From: Gammaproteobacteria bacterium
Lineage (GTDB): Bacteria > Pseudomonadota > Gammaproteobacteria > Arenicellales > Poriferihabitantaceae
Reading direction: 5' to 3'
Assembly: GCA_009842505.1 (NCBI GenBank)
Contig: VYFG01000145.1
Location: 7,151-71,150 of the forward strand
Length of the DNA stretch: 64,000 nucleotides
Of this stretch, positions 55,109 to 64,000 are shown piece after piece; the first letter of the stretch is position 1; the number at the start of each line of letters is the position of its first letter. The notes below the pieces were generated by a model. It ran no database searches. It saw only the letters and a list, made by a program, of their open reading frames with translations, and was not told the origin of the DNA. The position numbers and the translations under genes were made by a program.

Positions 55109-55718
55109 TGACGGTGAACGCCTCGAGATACGGGCGGATTACCGTTGCCACGCGGCCACGCTCCGCGTGCCGTGCGATTTCGGCTGGGCTCGCCTTTCGT
55201 TGCCGGAGCGCCTCTTGCAGTCCCTCCAGTGCTACCGTTTGCCCGACAGACCGGCGATGCCGGAAACAGTCGGCAATCGTCTTGGCGACTCCGAAGATTT
55301 TCACGGGGACATTTTCGATGTGTACGGTGAGGACATCATCGGTGAGAAGCGCGTCCGTGAACCGCACGATCCGCATATCCGGACTTCCCTGCCTCGGCAG
55401 CCAGTCCCTTGCGCCGATCGCCATCCAGACCGCGCGTGGAAGTTGATCGGTCAGTTCGTGATAGGCCAGCGCCGATACCAGGCAGACGACCCCTCTGGGA
55501 ATGCGTTTGGCGGCTTCAGCCAGGCTGTGGTGTGCTTCGAGCGGCGCGTCAGGAAGTTGATAGAGGCCGCGCCCGAGGCGGTTCACGTCACCGGCGCGGA
55601 CCATTCTACCGATCGTAGCCGCGGTAATCCCGGCATCCTTGAATTCGGACAGGCGTGCAATTCCCTTCATCTGAAGCAGATCAATCGCCTGGTCGCGCTG
55701 AGTGCCAGTTTTTATCAT
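55101..55718 (-). CDS. AbiEi-family antitoxin/transcriptional regulator
   Basis: N-terminal winged-HTH-like segment (ARLSEFKDAGITAATIGRMVRAGDVNRLGRGLY) plus VVCLVSALAYHELT, typical of AbiEi. Confidence 0.8.
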   Translation of the reverse strand: MIKTGTQRDQAIDLLQMKGIARLSEFKDAGITAATIGRMVRAGDVNRLGRGLYQLPDAPLEAHHSLAEAAKRIPRGVVCLVSALAYHELTDQLPRAVWMAIGARDWLPRQGSPDMRIVRFTDALLTDDVLTVHIENVPVKIFGVAKTIADCFRHRRSVGQTVALEGLQEALRQRKASPAEIARHAERGRVATVIRPYLEAFTVNA

Positions 55719-55730
55719 TGATATTTAATC

Positions 55731-55768
55731 ATGATATATTAGATTTATAATTAAATGTTTTATATCAT
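55731..55768. promoter_or_regulatory. Inverted repeat in the AT-rich abiE promoter region (likely AbiEi operator)
   Basis: ATGATATA (55731-55738) and TATATCAT (55761-55768) with a 22-bp spacer. The region is markedly AT-rich compared with its surroundings and lies 13 bp upstream of the abiEi ATG. Confidence 0.4.
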
Positions 55769-55994
55769 ATTGCAGACCTTGCGTAAAGCATTGGGTTAGC
55801 TGTGTGGACGCAAACAAGCCGTGCAAGGAGCCATAGCCGCGTCCGGACTGAAGGGTCCATCTCATGACGCCTCCAAACAATGCCCGTGAAACCAGACAGA
55901 TCACGTGCTACCGGACCGGACAGTTTATTCGCTCGCTGCACCCTGTTCTGATGCGTGACAGGTCTGGAATGATTATTTTATGTAGAATCCGGGC

Positions 55995-56747
55995 ATGGAA
56001 GCGCAGGCGGAGCATGTCACCACTGGGGATGAGGCCTCCGTACACGTCAGGGTCTGGCGTGGGGATTCCGGAGGGGGTCAGTGGCACATCTACCGGGTCC
56101 CGGTCCGCAGGAACCAGACCGTGCTTGACGTGGTGACATGGATCCAGCAGAACCCGGCGCCGGATCTTGCCTATCGCTTCGCCTGCCGGGTGGGTGTATG
56201 CGGTTCCTGCGCGATGACGGTGAACGGCGAACCCCGATGGACCTGCCGGACCCATGTCAACCGTGTCCTCAGGGACGGCCAGCTGTCCATTGCCCCGCTG
56301 CGCAACCTGCCCGTGGTGCGCGACCTGGTGTGCGACATGACCCCTTTCTTCGACCGCTGGAGCGAAGCCGGGGGGGGATTCGTGCCCGGCATCGACCGGC
56401 ACCGGCCCCTGCCGGCGATTGCCCCGGATACGCTGGCCAGGCGCGCCGCCGATGCGGCCATCGAATGCATCAACTGCGCCGTCTGTTACGCCGCCTGTGA
56501 TGTGGTTGCCTGGAAACGGGATTTCCTCGGACCGGCAGCCCTGAACCGGGCCTGGTCGCTGGTGAACGACGAACGCGACCGGGGCAACCGGGAACGCCTG
56601 CGGGCGGTGTCGGGAGACGCCGGCTGCCACAACTGCCATTCCCAGCAGAACTGCACGCAATACTGCCCCAACCTGCTGGACCCGGCAGGATCCATTGCCG
56701 GGCTGAAACGGACAGTCATGCGTGCCGTGCTGAAGGGGGAGTTCTGA
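55995..56747 (+). CDS. Succinate dehydrogenase/fumarate reductase-type iron-sulfur subunit
   Basis: Cluster motifs CRVGVCGSCAM (2Fe-2S), CINCAVCYAAC (4Fe-4S) and CHNCHSQQNCTQYCP. Confidence 0.85.
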   Translation: MEAQAEHVTTGDEASVHVRVWRGDSGGGQWHIYRVPVRRNQTVLDVVTWIQQNPAPDLAYRFACRVGVCGSCAMTVNGEPRWTCRTHVNRVLRDGQLSIAPLRNLPVVRDLVCDMTPFFDRWSEAGGGFVPGIDRHRPLPAIAPDTLARRAADAAIECINCAVCYAACDVVAWKRDFLGPAALNRAWSLVNDERDRGNRERLRAVSGDAGCHNCHSQQNCTQYCPNLLDPAGSIAGLKRTVMRAVLKGEF

Positions 56748-57076
56748 TGCCGCTCGGGCTGTATCTCCTGCAAAGGCTGAGCGCCCTGGTCATGGCGCCG
56801 CTGGTACTGGTCCATCTCGGCGTCATCATCTACGCCGTCCGCAGCGGACTCGACGCCGAGTCGCTGCTGGGCCGCACCCGCGGAAGCGTCGCCTGGGGAC
56901 TGGTCTACGGCAGTTTCGTTCTCGCGGTCTCCATCCACGCCGCCATTGGCATCCGCACCGTGCTGCATGAGTGGCTCAGGCTCAAGGGGCCGGCTCTGGA
57001 AGCGTTGACCTGGGCACTGGGCCTCGGCCTGCTGGTTCTCGGGTTCCGGGCCGTGTTCGCGGTGACCCTGGCATGA
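56747..57076 (+). CDS. Small hydrophobic anchor subunit (SdhD/FrdD-like)
   Basis: 109 aa, three predicted TM helices, coupled to both flanking genes by overlapping stop/start codons. Confidence 0.6.
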   Translation: MPLGLYLLQRLSALVMAPLVLVHLGVIIYAVRSGLDAESLLGRTRGSVAWGLVYGSFVLAVSIHAAIGIRTVLHEWLRLKGPALEALTWALGLGLLVLGFRAVFAVTLA

Positions 57077-57423
57077 TCGCGCCGCACAGACGCCATGGAC
57101 TCTGGCTGGCCTTTATCGTGCACCGGCTGTCGGGCATTGCCCTGGCCCTTTTCCTGCCGGTGCATTTCTGGGTGCTGTCGCTGGCCCTGACGGATCCGGC
57201 GGCGCTTGACGGGTTCCTGCAGTGGACCCACCGGCCCCTGGTGCGGATCGCGGAAATGGGCCTCGTCTTCCTGCTGTCGGTGCACCTGTTCGGCGGTCTG
57301 CGTCTCATGGCCCTGGAGTGGCTGCCTTGGAGCGCCAGGCAGAAGACCATGGCAGCCCTGGCGACCGCCGGCTCGGTCTTCATGGCGCTCTGGTTCCTGT
57401 TGTCCGGGTACCGGATGGCCTGA
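57073..57423 (+). CDS. Cytochrome b-type anchor subunit (SdhC-like)
   Basis: 116 aa. HRLSGIALALFLPVH motif and three TM helices. ATGA overlap with the upstream gene. Confidence 0.6.
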   Translation: MIAPHRRHGLWLAFIVHRLSGIALALFLPVHFWVLSLALTDPAALDGFLQWTHRPLVRIAEMGLVFLLSVHLFGGLRLMALEWLPWSARQKTMAALATAGSVFMALWFLLSGYRMA

Positions 57424-57426
57424 GAC

Positions 57427-59184
57427 GTGACGGAAGTATCCACCCTTGAAACCGATATCCTGGTGATCGGCGCCGGCGGCGCCGGGTTGTTTGCCGCGCT
57501 GCATGCCCACCAGGCGGACCCGGACCTTAGGATCGCCGTTGCCGTGAAGGGACTGCTCGGCAAGTGCGGCTGTACCCGGATGGTCCAGGGAGGCTATAAC
57601 GTCGCGCTGGGCCCGGGAGACTCGGTGGAGCGGCACTTCATGGACACCATCATCGGCGGCAAGTGGCTGCCGCACCAGGGCCTGGCCTGGAAGCTGGTGG
57701 AGACCGCCGTCGTCCGGGTCAGGGAGCTGGAGAATGAACTGGGCTGTTTTTTCGACCGCAACCCCGACGGCAGCCTGCATCACAAGGCCTTTGCGGGACA
57801 GACGTTCGACCGCACGGTGCACAAGGGCGACCTGACGGGCATCGAGATCATCAACCGCCTGATGGAACGGGTCAGGGCGCTGCCGCTGGCCGGGCTCGAG
57901 GAGCACCGTGTCCTTGGCCTGATTCCCGACCGGGCCGGCGAACGGATCGCCGGCGCACTGATGGTGGACATGCGCAGCGGGGAATTTCGCCTGGTCCATG
58001 CCCGGGCGGTACTCCTGGCCACCGGCGGAGGGCCCACCATGTACCGTTATCACACGCCCTCCGGGGACAAGTCCATGGACGGTCTTGCCATGGCGCTCAG
58101 GCTCGGCCTGCCGCTGCGGGACATGGAGATGGTGCAGTTTCACCCTACCGGGCTGCTGGCGGGCCGGGATACCCGCATGACCGGGACGGTCCTGGAAGAG
58201 GGGCTCCGCGGCGCCGGCGGGTATTTGCTGAACGGCACCGGGGACCGGTTCATGCTCCACCACGACCCGGCCGGTGAACGGGCCACCCGGGATATCGTCA
58301 GCCGGGCGATCTACGACGAGATGCGCCGGGGCCGGACCAGTCCGCTGGGCGGTGTCTACATCGCCATGTCCCATCTAGGCCCCGACACGGTGGCGGCGAG
58401 GTTTCCGGGCATGGTGCGCCGCTGTGCCGACTGCGGATTCGATCTGGCCGCCGGGCGGGTGGAGGTGGTACCGACGGCGCACTACTTCATGGGCGGGCTG
58501 GTATGCGATACCGAAACCCGCACCGGGATACGGGGACTCCACGTGGCGGGAGAGGATGCTGCCGGGATGCACGGCGCCAACCGGCTCGGCGGCAACGGCG
58601 TGGCCAACTCCACGGTGTTCGGCGGGATCGCCGGGGAAGTGATGGCGGCGGACCTGGGCGCGGAGGGGCGGGGAAGGGCGCTGCCCGAACCCGACCGGGA
58701 TGCCGTGGACCGGGAACTGGCCAGGGCAACGCGTCCCCTCGGCCGCCACGGCGGCAACATCCATGGGATTCGGGAGCGCCTGATGGACCTGATGTGGACG
58801 GATGTCGGCATCATCCGTTCCCGGGCGGGCCTGGAGCGCGGAATTGCGGGGATTGCCGGGCTCAGGTCCGAACTCGATGCCACCGGTATCGGCACCCGGG
58901 ACCTGCGTTTCAACCTGTCATGGCATGACTGGCTCAATCTGGAAAACCTGCTGGATGTTTCGGAGGGCATCTGCCGGGCGGCACTTTCGCGGGAAAATTC
59001 CCGCGGTGCCCACTACCGCGAGGATTTCACCGGGACCGGCGATCTGGCATCCTCCACGTTTACCGTGGTACAAAGGGCCGATGACCGTTTGTCCGTAACC
59101 CAGTCCCCGGTGGCGTTCACCATCGTGCGCCCCGGGGAAAGTCTGCTGGAGGAGCAGCCGAGCCTGCCCGGAGCCACAGTATGA
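57427..59184 (+). CDS. Succinate dehydrogenase/fumarate reductase-type flavoprotein subunit
   Basis: 585 aa. FAD fold ILVIGAGGAGLFAAL, FHPTG and RLGGNGVANS. Cys replaces the His used for covalent FAD attachment in SdhA/FrdA (GCTRMVQGG versus SHTVxAQGG, hand alignment). GTG start. Confidence 0.8.
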   Translation: MTEVSTLETDILVIGAGGAGLFAALHAHQADPDLRIAVAVKGLLGKCGCTRMVQGGYNVALGPGDSVERHFMDTIIGGKWLPHQGLAWKLVETAVVRVRELENELGCFFDRNPDGSLHHKAFAGQTFDRTVHKGDLTGIEIINRLMERVRALPLAGLEEHRVLGLIPDRAGERIAGALMVDMRSGEFRLVHARAVLLATGGGPTMYRYHTPSGDKSMDGLAMALRLGLPLRDMEMVQFHPTGLLAGRDTRMTGTVLEEGLRGAGGYLLNGTGDRFMLHHDPAGERATRDIVSRAIYDEMRRGRTSPLGGVYIAMSHLGPDTVAARFPGMVRRCADCGFDLAAGRVEVVPTAHYFMGGLVCDTETRTGIRGLHVAGEDAAGMHGANRLGGNGVANSTVFGGIAGEVMAADLGAEGRGRALPEPDRDAVDRELARATRPLGRHGGNIHGIRERLMDLMWTDVGIIRSRAGLERGIAGIAGLRSELDATGIGTRDLRFNLSWHDWLNLENLLDVSEGICRAALSRENSRGAHYREDFTGTGDLASSTFTVVQRADDRLSVTQSPVAFTIVRPGESLLEEQPSLPGATV

Positions 59185-60146
59185 TTGCACCTGACGACAT
59201 CGAAGAAGCCGCCTGCCGCATCATGGCCAATGCCGCCATCGACATTCCCGCGGACTACCGAAGGAGTATCCAGCGCATGGCGGACGGCGAGTCTGGGGAT
59301 CTTTCCTGTTTCGTACTGCGGACCATGCTGGAGAACTGGGAAACTGCCACCGCCGACCGGCGGCCCATGTGCGCGGACACCGGGCTGCCGAGGTTCTATG
59401 TGAAGCTCGGGGACCATGCCCGGTTCGCCGGCGGATTCACCGGGTTCGAGCGGGCCCTGAGAAGCGCCACCGCCAGGGCGACCCATGACATCCCGCTGAG
59501 GCCCAACCGGGTGCACCCCCTGTGGCGGACCGACCACAACAACAACGTCGGTATCAACGCCCCGGAAATCGAGTGGAGTTTCGAGCCGGACGTAGACTGG
59601 ATCGAAATCACCACTGTGCACAAGGGCGGGCTGTTCGGTACCGATTACCGCATGCTGTTTCCCGGTGACGGCATTGACGGCATCAAGCGGTTCTTTCTGG
59701 ACACCCTGGTGGCCTTCGGCAAGCGGGGCCTGGCCTGCCAGCCCGCCATCGTCGGCGTCGGCCTCGGCGGCTCCAAGGATACCTGCATGGTCCTCGGCAA
59801 GCAGGCGGCCTGCCTGCGGGTGGTCGGTGACCGCAATCCGGATCCAGAAATCGCCGCGCTGGAAGAGGAATTGCAGGAACTGGGCAACTCGATCGGCATG
59901 GGCGCCATGGGGTTCGTGGGGAAATCCATGGTGGCGGACTGCCATATCGAGGTGGGCTATACCCACACCGGCGGCATGCCGATGAGCATGCACACGTTCT
60001 GCCTGTCTTCGCGCCGGGCCACGGTGCGGATACGGGCGGACAGTTCGACGGAATACCGTACCGACCCCAAGTGGTTCACCCCCTACATGCGACGGGAGAC
60101 AGTGGAATGGCAGACCCCGCACCCGGTTTCAAGACAGTCCGGCTGA
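59181..60146 (+). CDS. Fe-S type hydro-lyase alpha subunit (class I fumarate hydratase/tartrate dehydratase family)
   Basis: PMCADTGLP Cys-ligand motif and fumarase class I N-terminal domain pattern. Overlaps the flavoprotein stop by 4 nt. Confidence 0.8.
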   Translation: MIAPDDIEEAACRIMANAAIDIPADYRRSIQRMADGESGDLSCFVLRTMLENWETATADRRPMCADTGLPRFYVKLGDHARFAGGFTGFERALRSATARATHDIPLRPNRVHPLWRTDHNNNVGINAPEIEWSFEPDVDWIEITTVHKGGLFGTDYRMLFPGDGIDGIKRFFLDTLVAFGKRGLACQPAIVGVGLGGSKDTCMVLGKQAACLRVVGDRNPDPEIAALEEELQELGNSIGMGAMGFVGKSMVADCHIEVGYTHTGGMPMSMHTFCLSSRRATVRIRADSSTEYRTDPKWFTPYMRRETVEWQTPHPVSRQSG

Positions 60147-60787
60147 AGGTGCCGGTCAGCGGCGAGGACCTCGCGGACCTTGCCATCGGCACCATCGTTT
60201 ACCTCGATGGCGTGATCTACACCGGCCGCGAGGGCGTATACCAGCGCGTCCTCGGGGAAGGGAATCCCCTGCCCCTGGATCTGCCCGCGGTCAGCAACGT
60301 CAACTTTCACTGCTCCCCCGCCGCGGCGGTGGAGCCGGACGGGCGGTACAAGGTGGGCGGCGTCACCGCCACCGCCAGCTTCCGTTTTGCGAAGTGGATG
60401 GCCGACTGGTTTCGGGTTTCCGGTGCCCGTGTCATTATCGGCAAGGGCGGCATGACGGGACAGGATTACCGCGATCTGTTCCTGCCGGCCGGGGCCGTGT
60501 ACCTGACCACCGTGGGATACGGCACCGGCGCCCTGCTCGGCCGCGGCATCCGGCGTGTGCGCGAAGTGCACTGGCTCGGGGAACTCGGCAATGCCCAAGC
60601 CCTGTGGGTGTTCGAGGTGGAGAATTTCGGCCCGTTCATCGTCGACAGCGATCTTCAGGGAAACAGCCTGTTCGAGCAGCAGGCCGAGCTGGTGAACCGG
60701 AACCTGGAAGAACTGTATGCCGGGCTGCGGCCGCCCGCGCTCAGCCGCTACGGGGAAACCGACGACCGCAAGGATGAACTGATATGA
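60107..60787 (+). CDS. Fe-S type hydro-lyase beta subunit (class I fumarate hydratase/tartrate dehydratase family)
   Basis: GTIVYLDGVIYTGREG, IIGKGGM and HWLGELG..ALWVFEVENFGP match the fumarase class I C-terminal domain. Start at the ATG at 60107 (uncertain). Confidence 0.75.
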   Translation: MADPAPGFKTVRLKVPVSGEDLADLAIGTIVYLDGVIYTGREGVYQRVLGEGNPLPLDLPAVSNVNFHCSPAAAVEPDGRYKVGGVTATASFRFAKWMADWFRVSGARVIIGKGGMTGQDYRDLFLPAGAVYLTTVGYGTGALLGRGIRRVREVHWLGELGNAQALWVFEVENFGPFIVDSDLQGNSLFEQQAELVNRNLEELYAGLRPPALSRYGETDDRKDELI

Positions 60788-60848
60788 ACGCCCGGGATGG
60801 CCGCGCAGGTGAATACTGCGGCCCGGGGCATCCGGATATAATCGCGCC

Positions 60849-61475
60849 ATGAACAGATCACCCAATACATTCTGGCACCAGGCCACCATCAGCCGCGACG
60901 ACAGGGAAAAACAGAACGGCCACGCCGGCGCCATCGTCTGGTTCACCGGACTGTCCGGCAGCGGCAAGTCCACCCTTGCCCACGCCGTGGAACTGGAGCT
61001 CCACGAGATGGGATGCCGCACCCTGGTGCTCGATGGCGACAACGTCCGCCATGCACTGTGCGGCGACCTTGGCTTCAGCGAGCAGGACCGCACGGAAAAC
61101 ATCCGCCGGATCGGGCAGGTGGCGAGGCTGTTCGTGGATGCCGGAGTGATCGTGCTCACCGCGTTTATCTCGCCCTTTCGGGTCGACCGCCAGCGGGTGC
61201 GCATGATGGTGGAAAGGGAGAACGACTTCGTCGAGGTGTACTGTGACTGCCCGCTGAAAGTCTGCGAACAGCGCGATATCAAGGGACTGTACCAGCGCGC
61301 GCGCAAGGGCGAGATCGAGGAATTTACCGGGATATCTTCCCCCTACGAGACGCCGCAGAATGCGGACCTGATCGTGCGTACCGCAGACCGGGGCGTGGAG
61401 GAATGCGTCCAGGAGGTGATGGAATTTCTCGCGCGTCGCGGTCTCATTTCATTGCCGGGGCGCAACGGCGATTGA
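60849..61475 (+). CDS. cysC: Adenylyl-sulfate (APS) kinase
   Basis: WFTGLSGSGKSTLA, LDGDNVRHAL, AFISPF. Confidence 0.92.
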   Translation: MNRSPNTFWHQATISRDDREKQNGHAGAIVWFTGLSGSGKSTLAHAVELELHEMGCRTLVLDGDNVRHALCGDLGFSEQDRTENIRRIGQVARLFVDAGVIVLTAFISPFRVDRQRVRMMVERENDFVEVYCDCPLKVCEQRDIKGLYQRARKGEIEEFTGISSPYETPQNADLIVRTADRGVEECVQEVMEFLARRGLISLPGRNGD

Positions 61476-61652
61476 TCCTTGCACAAGGAATGTCCTTCTC
61501 AGACGTACAGGAAGGGGACTACGGGACAAAGGGTTTGAGCAGACCGGCACGGCGTTGAATCGACCTGACATGGACACGGGTACCTGGGGTCCTGTTCATT
61601 GATCGCGATATTTAATCTTGTTTTATTGAATTGATAGTTCAATATTACAAGG

Positions 61653-61829
61653 ATGATTTCACGGGAAGCACAATATCTTCTACAAACCCGCCTGATGCAA
61701 TTCGACAGCGTGGCGGAACGGAAGATTCTGGTGCACAGGGGCAGGGAATCGTTCTCCATGCTCCATGGCGTGGAGGCCATGCGGCTGCTGGAGGCAATGA
61801 GCGCGGTCAGCGTGGCGGTGAATGCCTGA
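61653..61829 (+). CDS. Hypothetical small protein (58 aa), below the ORF-track threshold
   Basis: MISREAQYLLQTRLMQFDSVAERKILVHRGRESFSMLHGVEAMRLLEAMSAVSVAVNA. Preceded by an AT-rich stretch with inverted repeat ATTGAA-n7-TTCAAT and followed by the palindrome ACCTTCCGGGAAGGT. SD spacing is poor and no family is recognised. Confidence 0.3.
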   Translation: MISREAQYLLQTRLMQFDSVAERKILVHRGRESFSMLHGVEAMRLLEAMSAVSVAVNA

Positions 61830-61937
61830 ATTCCCGAAGTGGGTACCTTCCGGGAAGGTTGTCTTGGGCTGACCAGGCTGGGGAGACTATTATGATCTCC
61901 GGCGGAGATCCTCCATGCATGATTGGCACGACAATCC

Positions 61938-62684
61938 CTAACGTGCGCTGTATCCCGCGTCCACGTCAACCAGCGCACCGGTCATGTAACTCGCGTCCTC
62001 GGATGCGAGGAACAGCACCACCCGTGCGATTTCCCCGGGTTCGGCCAGTCGACCCAGGGGAACGGTGCCGGCAATGTCCTCGAGCATTTCCGCGGTCACC
62101 GGCCCGGACCGTTCGGATCGCAGCATGGGCGTGTCGACTTCCCCGGGACAGACGGCATTGATGCGGACGCCGTCCCGGACGCATTCCAGGGCCATGGCCC
62201 TGGTGATCTGGTGTACCGCGCCCTTGGAGGCGCAATAGGCGATGACGCCCGGGGCCCCGGAACCACCCCAGATGGAACCGAAATTGACGATGGCGCCCGA
62301 ACGCTGCTCCTTCATCACCCGCAGCGCCGCCCGGCTCATGTAGAACACGCCGTCCACGTTGACCCGCATCACCCGCTGCCAGTCCTCGTCGCTGGTGGAC
62401 AGGGTATCCCTGCGGGCGATGACGCCAGCGGCGTTGACCAGGACATCGACGCGGCCGGTGCGTCCGGCAACGTCGGCGATCACGTGATCGCAGAATCCCG
62501 AGTCGCTGACATCGCCGATCAGGCAGTCCGGGGCATTGCACTTCTTCGCCGTTCCGGCAGCCGCCGCTTCATCCCGGTCCACGATGGCGACCCGGGCGCC
62601 CGCTTGGGCAAACAGCTCCGCGGTTGCCGCGCCCATGCCGGATCCGCCGCCGGTGACGATGACGGTTTTGTCCGTGAAATTCAT
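61938..62684 (-). CDS. Short-chain dehydrogenase/reductase (SDR)
   Basis: TGGGSGMGAA cofactor motif, NAAG, and catalytic YCASKGAV (YxxxK). Start at the internal ATG at 62684 (MNFTDK); the track's upstream extension is non-homologous. Confidence 0.88.
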   Translation of the reverse strand: MNFTDKTVIVTGGGSGMGAATAELFAQAGARVAIVDRDEAAAAGTAKKCNAPDCLIGDVSDSGFCDHVIADVAGRTGRVDVLVNAAGVIARRDTLSTSDEDWQRVMRVNVDGVFYMSRAALRVMKEQRSGAIVNFGSIWGGSGAPGVIAYCASKGAVHQITRAMALECVRDGVRINAVCPGEVDTPMLRSERSGPVTAEMLEDIAGTVPLGRLAEPGEIARVVLFLASEDASYMTGALVDVDAGYSAR

Positions 62685-63430
62685 CGCCCGGCGCCGCAGG
62701 CGGGGCAGTTGGGATTCTTCGGCAGCACCATTTTCTGCCAATCCATGAACTGGGCGTCGAACAGCCATACTGTGCCGTGGAGCTGGCCGCGGCCCAGCAG
62801 GATGTTCACCGCCTCCAGGGCCTGCATGGTGCCGATCACGCCGACCAGCGGCGAGATCACGCCCTCCGCCGCACAGGTGGCGGCCTCCACGCTCCGGTCG
62901 GGATACAGGCATTGGTAGCAGGGGCTGTCGGGCATGCGGGGGTCGAACGCGGTGACCTGGCCCTCCCAGCGGATGGCGGCACCGGAGACCAGCGGGGTGC
63001 CGGTGGCGAGAGAGGCGTCGTTGAGCTGGAACCGGGTGGGAAAATTGTCGGTGCAATCCATGAGCAGGTGGTGGTCCGCGGCCAGATCGACGAACTCCTC
63101 CGCCTCCAGGGTGTAGTCCAGGCAGGTCATGGCAATGTCCGGATTGATGGCGCGCAGGCGCCTGGCGGCGGACTGTGTTTTCAGCAAGCCGATATCGTCA
63201 TGTGCATGGACGATCTGGCGCTGGAGGTTGGACAGGTCCACGACGTCGAAATCCGCAATGGTAAGACGGCCTACGCCCGCGGCGGCCAGGTACATGGCAA
63301 CCGGCGATCCCAGTCCGCCCATGCCCACGATCAGCACCGCCGCATCACGAATCGCGCGCTGCCCCTTCTCTTCCACCAACGGCAGTCGGATCTGGCGGCT
63401 GTAGCGGTCGGCAAAGACATCATCTTGCAT
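62681..63430 (-). CDS. moeB: MoeB/ThiF-family adenylyltransferase (molybdopterin-synthase adenylyltransferase-like)
   Basis: RYSRQIRL, VGMGGLGSPVAMYLAAAGVG, and Zn motifs CYQC...CPAC. Start at the ATG at 63430 (MQDDVF). Confidence 0.85.
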   Translation of the reverse strand: MQDDVFADRYSRQIRLPLVEEKGQRAIRDAAVLIVGMGGLGSPVAMYLAAAGVGRLTIADFDVVDLSNLQRQIVHAHDDIGLLKTQSAARRLRAINPDIAMTCLDYTLEAEEFVDLAADHHLLMDCTDNFPTRFQLNDASLATGTPLVSGAAIRWEGQVTAFDPRMPDSPCYQCLYPDRSVEAATCAAEGVISPLVGVIGTMQALEAVNILLGRGQLHGTVWLFDAQFMDWQKMVLPKNPNCPACGAGR

Positions 63431-63621
63431 GGTTCGTGTCCCGGTGTCGGCCTGACGCCCGATCTTCCCACAATTCCCGGTATCTCCGTCAATGCATCCC
63501 CGGTGCCATGGGGGCGTACGGGCCCTGTCCGGTCGGGAGCGCGGCCTGGACGAGCCTTGCATGTTTGGCTGCCCGGGGGTACATACTGGAAATTCCTGGG
63601 GCCTGCACCATCATCATCCGG

Positions 63622-64000
63622 ATGAATTCGAGACGCCGAACGGGTGCCGTGCGCGTGGGTGGCGAATACCTGCTGCCCGCACCGAGACCGGTCGTCTGGC
63701 GCAGGCTGAACGATCCCGGGGTCCTGAAATACTGTATCCGTGGCTGCGAGATGGTGGTGCGGGATGCGGACGGCGAATACCGGGCGGTATTCCGATTCGG
63801 CGTGGGGCCGGTGAAAAAACGGCTGGACGCGCGATTGCTGGTGGAGGAGACCGATCCACCGGTGGAATACCTGCTCCATGCCGAAACCACCCTGCCGGCC
63901 CTTGGCCATGCGACGGGCAGGGCCCGGGTCCTGCTGGAATGCCGGGATGCCGAAACCCTGCTGGCCTACCGGGCGGATATCACCGTGTCCGGCTGGTTCG
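63622..64000 (+). CDS. CoxG-like SRPBCC-family protein (3' end cut by window edge)
   Basis: Translated by hand: MNSRRRTGAVRVGGEYLLPAPRPVVWRRLNDPGVLKYCIRGCE...GPVKKRLDARLLV..., which resembles carbon monoxide dehydrogenase subunit G-family proteins. The frame stays open to the window end. Confidence 0.6.
   Translation, partial: MNSRRRTGAVRVGGEYLLPAPRPVVWRRLNDPGVLKYCIRGCEMVVRDADGEYRAVFRFGVGPVKKRLDARLLVEETDPPVEYLLHAETTLPALGHATGRARVLLECRDAETLLAYRADITVSGWF

Noticed and set aside
1-64000. CRISPR arrays, IS elements/transposases, integrases, tRNA/rRNA genes and prophage genes
   Set aside because: I looked for regularly spaced direct repeats, DDE/tyrosine-recombinase-like ORFs and tRNA T-arm consensus (GGTTCGAATCC-like) and found none. 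The accessory regions are not flanked by recognisable mobility genes in this window.

Overview
GC-rich, densely coding chromosomal window with gammaproteobacterium-like gene content and order. All family calls come from reading motifs by eye; no searches were run. I support about 60 protein genes and found no rRNA, tRNA, CRISPR array or transposase/IS element. Housekeeping blocks: trkH (cut by the window edge), pcm-like/tolC, ilvA, smg-topA, hisBHAFIE followed by tatABC, lpxK-kdsB, cysC, moeB. Accessory content: (1) a fused E1-like/YcaO cyclodehydratase at 3.8-6.1 kb, preceded by a tiny Cys/Gly-rich ORF missed by the ORF track and by an AlkB-GlnE-like fusion. (2) vapBC-type and AbiE toxin-antitoxin pairs. 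(3) A flavin-dependent halogenase-like gene. (4) A corrinoid-dependent MttB-family methyltransferase cluster (38.9-46.6 kb). (5) An sdh/frd-like operon in B-D-C-A order coupled to a split class I fumarate hydratase. The main finding is a nitrile-hydratase-leader-peptide (NHLP) RiPP locus at 12.4-21.3 kb. Its 83-aa precursor leaves only LCCCW as core. A second gene carries a collinear 78-aa NHLP leader, with the same A-G cleavage motif, fused to a ~355-aa prenyltransferase/terpene-cyclase-repeat domain. Next to these lie an uncharacterised 372-aa protein with five beta-hairpin repeats, a two-ABC exporter (one with an intact C39 peptidase) and a short HlyD-like adaptor. The block sits between an RND/MMPL exporter gene and a LolA-like gene that I would expect to be adjacent.
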